This document shows, in pieces, positions 10,483 through 23,100 of a stretch of 64,000 nucleotides of DNA. The first letter of the stretch is position 1, and every line of letters begins with the position of its first letter. The notes under the pieces are model-generated. The model saw only the letters and a program-made list of their open reading frames with translations, had not been told where the DNA came from and did no database searches. Made by a program: the position numbers and the translations under genes. This stretch comes from Balanoglossus misakiensis (Eukaryota; Animalia; Hemichordata), in contig CM082578.2 of NCBI GenBank assembly GCA_040954595.2, positions 13,794,304-13,858,303 on the forward strand, given 5' to 3'.

Positions 10483-11369
10483 TTATTTCGTCCAGCTCCC
10501 TGTGGCGACTTTGCAGCAGCGTGCCAGGGTCCAGTCGATGGGGGCGCCATTTGGCATGCAACCGGCGTGACAGTAACACCTTGAACGCCCATTTTCTTCC
10601 TGTATGCTGTAAGACCCACACGCATAACCACAGCTGCATCCAGTCACGACGTAACCTGCCATACGCAAAAAAAAAGAAAATTAGAAAATGTGTAGAAATA
10701 GAAAGACAAAATTTATCGGATGGTTTAATCTAAGCATATGCCCATGGTCTATATAAACTGCATGCTTTAATCTTGAATACCCAGATAAAATCAAGTTCAA
10801 ATGCTGTTTTCGAAACAAATTAAATTCTTGTTTTAACAGCAAAGCGCTTACTTAGTGCATGGGCTGCCTGTTACTCGACAAATGGGATATTTATCTTACC
10901 TTCTGGACAAGTTGCATAATTTGTGGCATCGGAGCTATCGCTGCCTTGGTTTACACAGTCAAGAATAGCGCCTGTAGAAAAAAAATTGTAATATCAAACT
11001 ATTTATAGTCGCCCTCAACAAATTCAGACACTCTCATTGGTCTATTAGGACCACGTGACTGACCATTATATTTAATACTCGACATATTTAAAGCCCATGA
11101 ATGTGTGCAGTAAAAATGTTTGCTGCACTTGGAGTGGCTGGAAAGCGGACATTATACCCAGAAATGATGATTGTCATCCCAGGATTGTCATAGAGATATC
11201 GTTCAGCGATTAGTGAAATTCTTTGGCGGCTGCAGATACGAAGATACCACAAAAATGAACATTTTAGCCAATGAAACCAGAATGCAAGACAAAACTCACC
11301 AGATGAACCTGGAACATGATTCAGAAACACCGCTACGAAAAGAAGCGAAAACAACAACACGATCTTCAT
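10483..11369 (-). CDS. Secreted resistin/RELM (FIZZ)-domain protein, 104 aa, 3 coding exons
   Basis: Exons (-): 11369-11300, 10971-10900, 10655-10483; two phase-1 GT-AG introns; 315 nt. Protein [104 protein letters not shown]. It has all 10 resistin-domain cysteines and the hallmark ATCP.G..VTGC.CG.ACGS and DWT.ARCC motifs. Confidence 0.92.
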
Positions 11370-11561
11370 CCTCGTATCGAATCGTAGACTACCTGAAAAC
11401 ATGTACAAAACGTTGGTTAATCACTTATCATCTGTGCTGTGCTGAAAGTCTTAGTAGAACTGGAAAATTTAACATACCGAACAAAATTTATAGGTATATT
11501 ATACGAGAAAGGTATTTTTACGTGTAAGACGCGAGGAGTACCGTAACGCTATTCATTTTAC

Positions 11562-11684
11562 CTTGTAAAACTTCGTTAGTGGTGTGAAAAAGAGCCTTTT
11601 CTCCTTCAACTGCAGAAGCCTGGTTGTCTTTGTACCACGGGTAGCTGATACAACAGTGTCTGCGTATGACTACCACTTTTATAG
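11562..11684 (-). promoter_or_regulatory. TATA promoter and non-coding first exon of the resistin-like gene
   Basis: CTATAAAA on - at 11684-11677. AAG|GTAAAA donor at 11562/11561. Matching TTTTCAG acceptor at 11393, 23 nt before the ATG. Confidence 0.55.
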
Positions 11685-12384
11685 GACACGCTGCATAAAT
11701 AATTAGGATATGGAATGATTGGGAAGAGCTTGTTTGTACTATTTGTGGAAAATGACGTTTGCGGCTAGGGCTGTGTTATTGTTTGATGATGCATCGATAC
11801 TTATAAAGATACTGGTACCCCATACACCGACGCTTTAGGACCGACTGTTTGAAATGTCCCGTGTGCAGTTCGAAAAGCGACGGTTCTGGTGCGCGAAAAA
11901 TGTTCCTTGGAAAATCATGATTTTCTCAAAGTGATCATATGCAATTGTGAGTAGCCAACTTAGAGGAAACACCTCCTCCCACTAATACCAATATAAACGG
12001 ATGTCGCACCTGTTAATAATTCGTTCATATTACAATGTACGCGGGCCAAAACGACTCAAGAAGATGATATATGTATATACCCATCATTAAGCTCATTTAA
12101 AAGCATCTTTCCAGGTTTGAAAATAAAGTTATAAAAATAATGTAAAAATGTTAGCTACTGGGGCTTTAAACTACATGTATATGTATTTTGTTATTATAAG
12201 ATCTAGTTTAAATGAACTCAATATCCATATTGCTTGCTTTCAATAAAAACATAAATAAGTTGTTCGACATTTAAACTGTCTTCGGCCTATTTCGAAAAAA
12301 TGTACATTGTAGAGGGCCATAAATCAGTTTAGATATGCCTGTCACCATCCTTTTGATTTACCTGTTTATCAGTTACCGGTTAAG

Positions 12385-12915
12385 CTGCATTCACAAACAC
12401 CTCTGGAGAGGGGGGGGGGGAGAATTCAGTTTTTTTTACCGTTAATTTCACATGCCCCACGTACACAGCCCGAAATATTTTCAAATCCCCCCCTTCCGAA
12501 CTGCTAAAATTTTGAAATCCCCCCTTCAGGTGGGGGTGGTGAATATATATATTATATATGTTTGAACATTTTCTGTCACACAGGAAAACACATCACCTAA
12601 CTATCTTGTAAACAAGAAAAAGCGCTCCCATGAAAAGAATTTGAAACTGATGTTTTTCCTCATCAGTGGGTTTTAAAACTGAACATTGTTTATATTTTTT
12701 AAGTATTTGTATTCTCCGCTCAAAGTTAGCATGGGGGGGGGGGAGGGGGGGGGGCAAGTCCCCTGACCTGGGACACTAGATAAACCAGTCAATGATTGAA
12801 AGGCCGGTGTTGATGAATGATGGGGGTGGGTGTGGGAGCGGGTGTCCCCCTCCGACATTAGAAACCTGTTTCGAAAACTATGTAGCTGATCATGCATCAT
12901 TTTAGACACCTGTCA
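12385..12915. mobile_element. Degenerate G/C-run-rich MITE-like remnants
   Basis: Imperfect inverted ends (ATTCACAAACACCT ... AGGTGGGGGTGGTGAAT, ~12388-12544) enclosing G- and C-runs. A second G-run-rich segment contains GGGGGTGGGTGTGGGAGCGGGTGTCCCCCTCC. No TSD resolved. Confidence 0.3.
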
Positions 12916-13496
12916 CCAGTATGTTTGTATTATGAGTTACTGGTCACCAGCAACATACAGAAATCTATTTACTCATCAGTGTTCGCAACTTTCTATACTC
13001 CGTCATCAGCATGAAGGTCCCAGTACCCTTTAGTACCAGCCCGAGGGATACTAATAACAATCTCGTGTCTCTCTATTATCCAGCATTGCCATGTTTCCCC
13101 TCTGCATTATGTAAATTAGGTGGTGCCTTTCGGTGTAAGTTTCCCCCGTATTTAAGTGAAATAGTTAAGGCCGTCCTTTTTGTTGAAAAGTCCCCGCAAA
13201 CAATGTAGTCTAATTTGGAACAAGCATGGGTGCCAGCACTAGCGCCCTCAACGTGCATTCAGGTCCTGCTTCTTATTGTCACTACTATAGACATGCGCAA
13301 AAATAAGGCCTAAATATGGATAATTATATGCGTTTCGAAGATTAGCATATAATTACTATCTATTCGTTACGTAAGTGAATTCCGTTGATTGGTATTCGTC
13401 ACAGGTGTTCGTACGTATATATAGTGTGAGAAGTCCTTTGTCTGTCAGTCTCGGTTGTCACTCCACGATGGCTACAACAGCAATTTTTGTAATAAT

Positions 13497-13754
13497 GTTT
13501 GATGTCCAATTTCCTCAAGTAAGCTTATTGGTTATTGAAATTTGCATGGACGTTGTATTTAAGTTCCTAATTCATTAGTAGATCCTTTTGTATGTAGCAG
13601 TGCTTTTTCTTTCTTTTTTCGTGATACTGAAGTTTGATGTCGAATGTAAATCTAATGTCCTCAAAGTAAGCGTATTAATTATTGAATATTTCATGGATGC
13701 TGTACTTGTAACTTATAATTCAATTGTAGATCATTTGTATGTAACAATGCTTCT
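13497..13754 (+). repeat. Diverged tandem duplication (~135-bp period, 2 copies)
   Basis: GTTTGATGTC...CCTCAA(A)GTAAGC.TATT..TTATTGAA...CATGGA...TGTA...AATTCA...GTAGATC.TTT(T)GTATGTA.CA.TGCTT occurs at ~13497-13605 and ~13632-13754. Confidence 0.75.
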
Positions 13755-14031
13755 GTAAGGGGGGATCATGAAATAAAAGTGGTTGATATGGTGGGGGGGG
13801 GAACACAGTACTCGTGGAGTATAAGACAACCACCGCATGATACCGCATTTATTGTGTTTTGTCTTAATTTCTTAGTATGATCTAGTTTAGTATAGATGGG
13901 GTGAGTCTCAAACAACGTTTGGAATCATGTATAGCGCATCGGTCTAGCGCCAACTACAGCCAGTTTATATTAAACAACACATGCAATGTATCACAGCCCG
14001 GTGGCGCTGGTGAAAATCAAAGATCTTGGGC

Positions 14032-14160
14032 CTATAACCCATGATGTTTTTCAAAAATCGACAAAATTTTGAGTCGAAAAATTGTCATTTTTTGATGATT
14101 TTCATGAGCTATAACCCATGATTTTTTATCAAATATGAAGAAATTTTGAGATTTCGCAAA
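14032..14160 (-). repeat. Inverted ~1.5 copies of the 88-bp satellite unit (left arm of a foldback-like structure)
   Basis: The reverse complement contains TTTGCGAAATCTCAAAATTTCTTCAT...AATCATGGGTTATAGCTCATGAAAATCATCAAAAAATGACAATTTTTCGAC. It joins the forward array at an AAA microhomology (14158-14160). Confidence 0.92.
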
Positions 14161-17100
14161 TGACAATTTTTCGACTTTCCAAAATATCAAAATTTCTTCA
14201 TTTTTTTGAAAAAAGCATGGGTTATAGCCCATGAAAATCATCCAAAAATGACAATTTTTCGACTTTCCGAAATATCAAAATTTCTTCATTTTTTGAAAAA
14301 AGCATGGGTTATAGCCCATGAAAATCATCCAAAAATGACAATTTTTCGACTTTCCGAAATATCAAAATTTCTTCATTTTTTTGAAAAAAGCATGGGTTAT
14401 AGCCCATGAAAATCATCCAAAAATGACAATTTTTCGACTTTCCGAAATATCAAAATTTCTTCATTTTTTTGAAAAAAGCATGGGTTATAGCCCATGAAAA
14501 TCATCCAAAAATGACAATTTTTCGACTTTCCGAAATATCAAAATTTCTTCATTTTTCGACTTTCCGAAATATCAAAATTTCTTCATTTTTGAAAAAAGCA
14601 TGGGTTATAGCCCATGAAAATCATCCAAAAATGACAATTTTTCGACTTTCCGAAATATCAAAATTTCTTCATTTTTTTGAAAAAAGCATGGGTTATAGCC
14701 CATGAAAATCATCCAAAAATGACAATTTTTCGACTTTCCGAAATATCAAAATTTCTTCATTTTTTTGAAAAAAGCATGGGTTATAGCTCATGAAAATCAT
14801 CCAAAAATGACAATTTTTCGACTTTCCGAAATATCAAAATTTCTTCATTTTTTTGAAAAAAGCATGGGTTATAGCCCATGAAAATCATCCAAAAATGACA
14901 ATTTTTCGACTTTCCGAAATATCAAATTTTCTTCATTTTTTTGAAAAAAGCATGGGTTATAGCCCATGAAAATCATCCAAAAATGACAATTTTTCGACTT
15001 TCCGAAATATCAAAATTTCTTCATTTTTTTGAAAAAAGCATGGGTTATAGCCCATGAAAATCATCCAAAAATGACAATTTTTCGACTTTCCGAAATATCA
15101 AAATTTCTTCATTATTTTGAAAAAAGCATGGGCTATAGCCCATGAAAATCATCCAAAAATGACAATTTTTCGACTTTCCGAAATATCAAAATTTCTTCAT
15201 TTTTTTGAAAAAAGCATGGGTTATAGCCCATGAAAATCATCCAAAAATGACAATTTTTCGACTTTCCGAAATATCAAAATTTCTTCATTTTTTTGAAAAA
15301 AGCATGGGTTATAGCCCATGAAAATCATCCAAAAATGACAATTTTTCGACTTTCCGAAATATCAAAATTTCTTCATTTTTTTGAAAAAAGCATGGGTTAT
15401 AGCCCATGAAAATCATCCAAAAATGACAATTTTTCGACTTTCCGAAATATCAAAATTTCTTCATTTTTTTGAAAAAAGCATGGGTTATAGCCCATGAAAA
15501 TCATCCAAAAATGACAATTTTTCGACTTTCCGAAATATCAAAATTTCTTCATTTTTTTGAAAAAAGCATGGGTTATAGCCCATGAAAATCATCCAAAAAT
15601 GACAATTTTTCGACTTTCCGAAATATCAAAATTTCTTCATTTTTTTGAGAAAAGCATGGGTTATAGCCCATGAAAATCATCCAAAAATGACAATTTTTCG
15701 ACTTTCCGAAATATCAAATTTTCTTCATTTTTTTGAAAAAAGCATGGGTTATAGCCCATGAAAATCATCCAAAAATGACAATTTTTCGACTTTCCGAAAT
15801 ATCAAAATTTCTTCATTTTTTTGAAAAAAGCATGGGTTATAGCCCATGAAAATCATCCAAAAATGACAATTTTTCGACTTTCCGAAATATCAAAATTTCT
15901 TCATTTTTTTGAAAAAAGCATGGGTTATAGCCCATGAAAATAATCCAAAAATGACAATTTTTCGACTTTCCGAAATATCAAAATTTCTTCATTTTTTTAA
16001 AAAAAGCATGGGTTATAGCCCATGAAAATCATCCAAAAATGACAATTTTTCGACTTTCCGAAATATCAAAATTTCTTCATTTTTTTGAAAAAAGCATGGG
16101 TTATAGCCCATGAAAATCATCCAAAAATGACAATTTTTCGACTTTCCGAAATATCAAAATTTCTTCATTTTTTTTAAAAAAGCATGGGTTATAGCCCATG
16201 AAAATCATCCAAAAATGACAATTTTTCGACTTTCCGAAATATCAAAATTTCTTCATTTTTTTGAAAAAAGCATGGGTTATAGCCCATGAAAATCATCCAA
16301 AAATGACAATTTTTCGACTTTCCGAAATATCAAAATTTCTTCATTTTTTTGAAAAAAGCATGGGTTATAGCCCATGAAAATCATCCAAAAATGACAATTT
16401 TTCGACTTTCCGAAATATCAAAATTTCTTCATTTTTTTTAAAAAAGCATGGGTTATAGCCCATGAAAATCATCCAAAAATGACAATTTTTCGACTTTCCG
16501 AAATATCAAAATTTCTTCATTTTTTTGAAAAAAGCATGGGTTATAGCCCATGAAAATCATCCAAAAATGACAATTTTTCGACTTTCCGAAATATCAAAAT
16601 TTCTTCATTTTTTTGAAAAAAGCATGGGTTATAGCCCATGAAAATCATCCAAAAATGACAATTTTTCGACTTTCCGAAATATCAAAATTTCTTCATTTTT
16701 TTGAAAAAAGCATGGGTTATAGCCCATGAAAATCATCCAAAAATGACAATTTTTCGACTTTCCGAAATATCAAAATTTCTTCATTTTTTTGAAAAAAGCA
16801 TGGGTTATAGCCCATGAAAATCATCCAAAAATGACAATTTTTCGACTTTCCGAAATATCAAAATTTCTTCAATTTTTTGAAAAAAGCATGGGTTATAGCC
16901 CATGAAAATCATCCAAAAATGACAATTTTTCGACTTTCCGAAATATCAAAATTTCTTCAATTTTTTGAAAAAAGCATGGGTTATAGCCCATGAAAATCAT
17001 CCAAAAATGACAATTTTTCGACTTTCCGAAATATCAAAATTTCTTCATTTTTTTGAAAAAAGCATGGGTTATAGCCCATGAAAATCATCCAAAAATGACA

Positions 17101-20100
17101 ATTTTTCGACTTTCCGAAATATCAAAATTTCTTCATTTTTTTGAAAAAAGCATGGGTTATAGCCCATGAAAATCATCCAAAAATGACAATTTTTCGACTT
17201 TCCGAAATATCAAAATTTCTTCATTTTTTTGAAAAAAGCATGGGTTATAGCCCATGAAAATCATCCAAAAATGACAATTTTTCGACTTTCCGAAATATCA
17301 AAATTTCTTCATTTTTTTGAGAAAAGCATGGGTTATAGCCCATGAAAATCATCCAAAAATGACAATTTTTCGACTTTCCGAAATATCAAATTTTCTTCAT
17401 TTTTTTGAAAAAAGCATGGAAATCATCCAAAAATGACAATTTTTCGACTTTCCGAAATATCAAAATTTCTTCATTTTTTTGAAAAAAGCATGGGTTATAG
17501 CCCATGAAAATCATCCAAAAATGACAATTTTTCGACTTTCCGAAATATCAAAATTTCTTCATTTTTTTGAAAAAAGCATGGGTTATAGCCCATGAAAATC
17601 ATCCAAAAATGACAATTTTTCGACTTTCCGAAATATCAAAATTTCTTCATTTTTTTTAAAAAAAGCATGGGTTATAGCCCATGAAAATCATCCAAAAATG
17701 ACAATTTTTCGACTTTCCGAAATATCAAAATTTCTTCATTTTTTTGAAAAAAGCATGGGTTATAGCCCATGAAAATCATCCAAAAATGACAATTTTTCGA
17801 CTTTCCGAAATATCAAAATTTCTTCATTTTTTTGAAAAAAGCATGGGTTATAGCCCATGAAAATCATCCAAAAATGACAATTTTTCGACTTTCCGAAATA
17901 TCAAAATTTCTTCATTTTTTCGAAAAAAGCATGGGTTATAGCCCATGAAAATCATCCAAAAATGACAATTTTTCGACTTTCCGAAATATCAAAATTTCTT
18001 CATTTTTTCGAAAAAAGCATGGGTTATAGCCCATGAAAATCATCCAAAAATGACAATTTTTCGACTTTCCGAAATATCAAAATTTCTTCATTTTTTTGAA
18101 AAAAGCATGGGTTATAGCCCATGAAAATCATCCAAAAATGACAATTTTTCGACTTTCCGAAATATCAAAATTTCTTCATTTTTTTGAAAAAAGCATGGGT
18201 TATAGCCCATGAAAATCATCCAAAAATGACAATTTTTCGACTTTCCGAAATATCAAAATTTCTTCAATTTTTTGAAAAAAGCATGGGTTATAGCCCATGA
18301 AAATCATCCAAAAATGACAATTTTTCGACTTTCCGAAATATCAAAATTTCTTCAATTTTTTGAAAAAAGCATGGGTTATAGCCCATGAAAATCATCCAAA
18401 AATGACAATTTTTCGACTTTCCGAAATATCAAAATTTCTTCAATTTTTTGAAAAAAGCATGGGTTATAGCCCATGAAAATCATCCAAAAATGACAATTTT
18501 TCGACTTTCCAAAATATCAAAATTTCTTCATTTTTTTGAAAAAAGCATGGGTTATAGCCCATGAAAATCATCCAAAAATGACAATTTTTCGACTTTCCGA
18601 AATATCAAAATTTCTTCATTTTTTTGAAAAAAGCATGGGTTATAGCCCATGAAAATCATCCAAAAATGACAATTTTTCGACTTTCCGAAATATCAAAATT
18701 TCTTCATTTTTTTGAAAAAAGCATGGGTTATAGCCCATGAAAATCATCCAAAAATGACAATTTTTCGACTTTCCGAAATATCAAAATTTCTTCATTTTTT
18801 TGAGAAAAGCATGGGTTATAGCCCATGAAAATCATCCAAAAATGACAATTTTTCGACTTTCCGAAATATCAAATTTTCTTCATTTTTTTGAAAAAAGCAT
18901 GGGTTATAGCCCATGAAAATCATCCAAAAATGACAATTTTTCGACTTTCCGAAATATCAAAATTTCTTCATTTTTTTGAAAAAAGCATGGGTTATAGCCC
19001 ATGAAAATCATCCAAAAATGACAATTTTTCGACTTTCCGAAATATCAAAATTTCTTCATTTTTTTGAAAAAAGCATGGGTTATAGCCCATGAAAATCATC
19101 CAAAAATGACAATTTTTCGACTTTCCGAAATATCAAAATTTCTTCATTTTTTTGAAAAAAGCATGGGTTATAGCCCATGAAAATCATCCAAAAATGACAA
19201 TTTTTCGACTTTCCGAAATATCAAAATTTCTTCATTTTTTTGAAAAAAGCATGGGTTATAGCCCATGAAAATCATCCAAAAATGACAATTTTTCGACTTT
19301 CCGAAATATCAAAATTTCTTCATTTTTTTGAAAAAAGCATGGGTTATAGCCCATGAAAATCATCCAAAAATGACAATTTTTCGACTTTCCGAAATATCAA
19401 AATTTCTTCATTTTTTTGAAAAAAGCATGGGTTATAGCCCATGAAAATCATCCAAAAATGACAATTTTTCGACTTTCCGAAATATCAAAATTTCTTCATT
19501 TTTTTGAAAAAAGCATGGGTTATAGCCCATGAAAATCATCCAAAAATGACAATTTTTCGACTTTCCGAAATATCAAAATTTCTTCATTTTTTTGAAAAAA
19601 GCATGGGTTATAGCCCATGAAAATCATCCAAAAATGACAATTTTTCGACTTTCCGAAATATCAAAATTTCTTCATTTTTTTGAAAAAAGCATGGGTTATA
19701 GCCCATAAAAATCATCCAAAAATGACAATTTTTCGACTTTCCGAAATATCAAAATTTCTTCATTTTTTTGAAAAAAGCATGGGTTATAGCCCATGAAAAT
19801 CATCCAAAAATGACAATTTTTCGACTTTCCGAAATATCAAAATTTCTTCATTTTTTCGAAAAAAGCATGGGTTATAGCCCATGAAAATCATCCAAAAATG
19901 ACAACTTTTCGACTTTCCGAAATATCAAAATTTCTTCATTTTTTCGAAAAAAGCATGGGTTATAGCCCATGAAAATCATCCAAAAATGACAATTTTTCGA
20001 CTTTCCGAAATATCAAAATTTCTTCATTTTTTTGAAAAAAGCATGGGTTATAGCCCATGAAAATCATCCAAAAATGACAATTTTTCGACTTTCCGAAATA

Positions 20101-23100
20101 TCAAAATTTCTTCAATTTTTTGAAAAAAGCATGGGTTATAGCCCATGAAAATCATCCAAAAATGACAATTTTTCGACTTTCCGAAATATCAAAATTTCTT
20201 CATTTTTTTGAAAAAAGCATGGGTTATAGCCCATGAAAATCATCCAAAAATGACAATTTTTCGACTTTCCGAAATATCAAAATTTCTTCATTTTTTTGAA
20301 AAAAGCATGGGTTATAGCCCATGAAAATCATCCAAAAATGACAATTTTTCGACTTTCCGAAATATCAAAATTTCTTCATTTTTTTGAAAAAAGCATGGGT
20401 TATAGCCCATGAAAATCATCCAAAAATGACAATTTTTCGACTTTCCGAAATATCAAAATTTCTTCATTTTTTTGAAAAAAGCATGGGTTATAGCCCATGA
20501 AAATCATCCAAAAATGACAATTTTTCGACTTTCCGAAATATCAAAATTTCTTCATTTTTTTGAAAAAAGCATGGGTTATAGCCCATGAAAATCATCCAAA
20601 AATGACAATTTTTCGACTTTCCGAAATATCAAAATTTCTTCATTTTTTTGTAAAAAGCATGGGTTATAGCCCATGAAAATCATCCAAAAATGACAATTTT
20701 TCGACTTTCCGAAATATCAAAATTTCTTCATTTTTTTGTAAAAAGCATGGGTTATAGCCCATGAAAATCATCCAAAAATGACAATTTTTCGACTTTCCGA
20801 AATATCAAAATTTCTTCATTTTTTTGAAAAAAGCATGGGTTATAGCCCATGAAAATCATCCAAAAATGACAATTTTTCGACTTTCCGAAATATCAAAATT
20901 TCTTCATGTTTTTGAAAAAAGCATGGGTTATAGCCCATGAAAATCATCCAAAAATGACAATTTTTCGACTTTCCGAAATATCAAAATTTCTTCATTTTTT
21001 TGAAAAAAGCATGGGTTATAGCCCATGAAAATCATCCAAAAATGACAATTTTTCGACTTTCCGAAATATCAAAATTTCTTCAATTTTTTGAAAAAAGCAT
21101 GGGTTATAGCCCATGAAAATCATCCAAAAATGACAATTTTTCGACTTTCCGAAATATCAAAATTTCTTCAATTTTTTGAAAAAAGCATGGGTTATAGCCC
21201 ATGAAAATCATCCAAAAATGACAATTTTTCGACTTTCCGAAATATCAAAATTTCTTCAATTTTTTGAAAAAAGCATGGGTTATAGCCCATGAAAATCATC
21301 CAAAAATGACAATTTTTCGACTTTCCGAAATATCAAAATTTCTTCATTTTTTTGTAAAAAGCATGGGTTATAGCCCATGAAAATCATCCAAAAATGACAA
21401 TTTTGCGACTTTCCGAAATATCAAAATTTCTTCATTTTTTTGAAAAAAGCATGGGTTATAGCCCATGAAAATCATCCAAAAATGACAATTTTTCGACTTT
21501 CCGAAATATCAAATTTTCTTCATTTTTTTGAAAATCATCCAAAAATGACAATTTTTCGACTTTCCGAAATATCAAAATTTTTTCATTTTTTTGAAAAAAG
21601 CATGGGTTATAGCCCATGAAAATCATCCAAAAATGACAATTTTTCGACTTTCCGAAATATCAAAATTTCTTCATTTTTTTGTAAAAAGCATGGGTTATAG
21701 CCCATGAAAATCATCCAAAAATGACAATTTTGCGACTTTCCGAAATATCATAATTTCTTCATTTTTTTGAAAAAAGCATGGGTTATAGCCCATGAAAATC
21801 ATCCAAAAATGACAATTTTTCGACTTTCCGAAATATCAAAATTTCTTCATTTTTTTGAAAAAAGCATGGGTTATAGCCCATGAAAATCATCCAAAAATGA
21901 CAATTTTTCGACTTTCTGAAATATCAAAATTTCTTCATTTTTTTGAAAAAAGCATGGGTTATAGCCCATGAAAATCATCCAAAAATGACAATTTTTCGAC
22001 TTTCCGAAATATCAAAATTTCTTCATTTTTTTGAAAAAAGCATGGGTTATAGCCCATGAAAATCATCCAAAAATGACAATTTTTCGACTTTCCGAAATAT
22101 CAAAATTTCTTCATTTTTTTGAAAAAAGCATGGGTTATAGCCCATGAAAATCATCCAAAAATGACAATTTTTCGACTTTCCGAAATATCAAAATTTCTTC
22201 ATTTTTTTGAAAAAAGCATGGGTTATAGCCCATGAAAATCATCCAAAAATGACAATTTTTCGACTTTCCGAAATATCAAAATTTCTTCATTTTTTTGAAA
22301 AAAGCATGGGTTATAGCCCATGAAAATCATCCAAAAATGACAATTTTTCGACTTTCCGAAATATCAAAATTTCTTCATTTTTTTGAAAAAAGCATGGGTT
22401 ATAGCCCATGAAAATCATCCAAAAATGACAATTTTTCGACTTTCCGAAATATCAAAATTTCTTCAATTTTTTGAAAAAAGCATGGGTTATAGCCCATGAA
22501 AATCATCCAAAAATGACAATTTTTCGACTTTCCGAAATATCAAAATTTCTTCAATTTTTTGAAAAAAGCATGGGTTATAGCCCATGAAAATCATCCAAAA
22601 ATGACAATTTTTCGACTTTCCGAAATATCAAAATTTCTTCATTTTTTTGTAAAAAGCATGGGTTATAGCCCATGAAAATCATCCAAAAATGACAATTTTT
22701 CGACTTTCCGAAATATCAAAATTTCTTCATTTTTTTGAAAAAAGCATGGGTTATAGCCCATGAAAATCATCCAAAAATGACAATTTTTCGACTTTCCGAA
22801 ATATCAAATTTTCTTCATTTTTTTGAAAATCATCCAAAAATGACAATTTTTCGACTTTCCGAAATATCAAAATTTTTTCATTTTTTTGAAAAAAGCATGG
22901 GTTATAGCCCATGAAAATCATCCAAAAATGACAATTTTTCGACTTTCCGAAATATCAAAATTTCTTCATTTTTTTGTAAAAAGCATGGGTTATAGCCCAT
23001 GAAAATCATCCAAAAATGACAATTTTTCGACTTTCCGAAATATCAAAATTTCTTCAATTTTTTGTAAAAAGCATGGGTTATAGCCCATGAAAATCATCCA

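Noticed and set aside
14256-14275. CENP-B box in the satellite unit (TTTCGACTTTCCGAAA)
   Set aside because: It has TTCG but lacks the essential A and CGGG of the CENP-B box.
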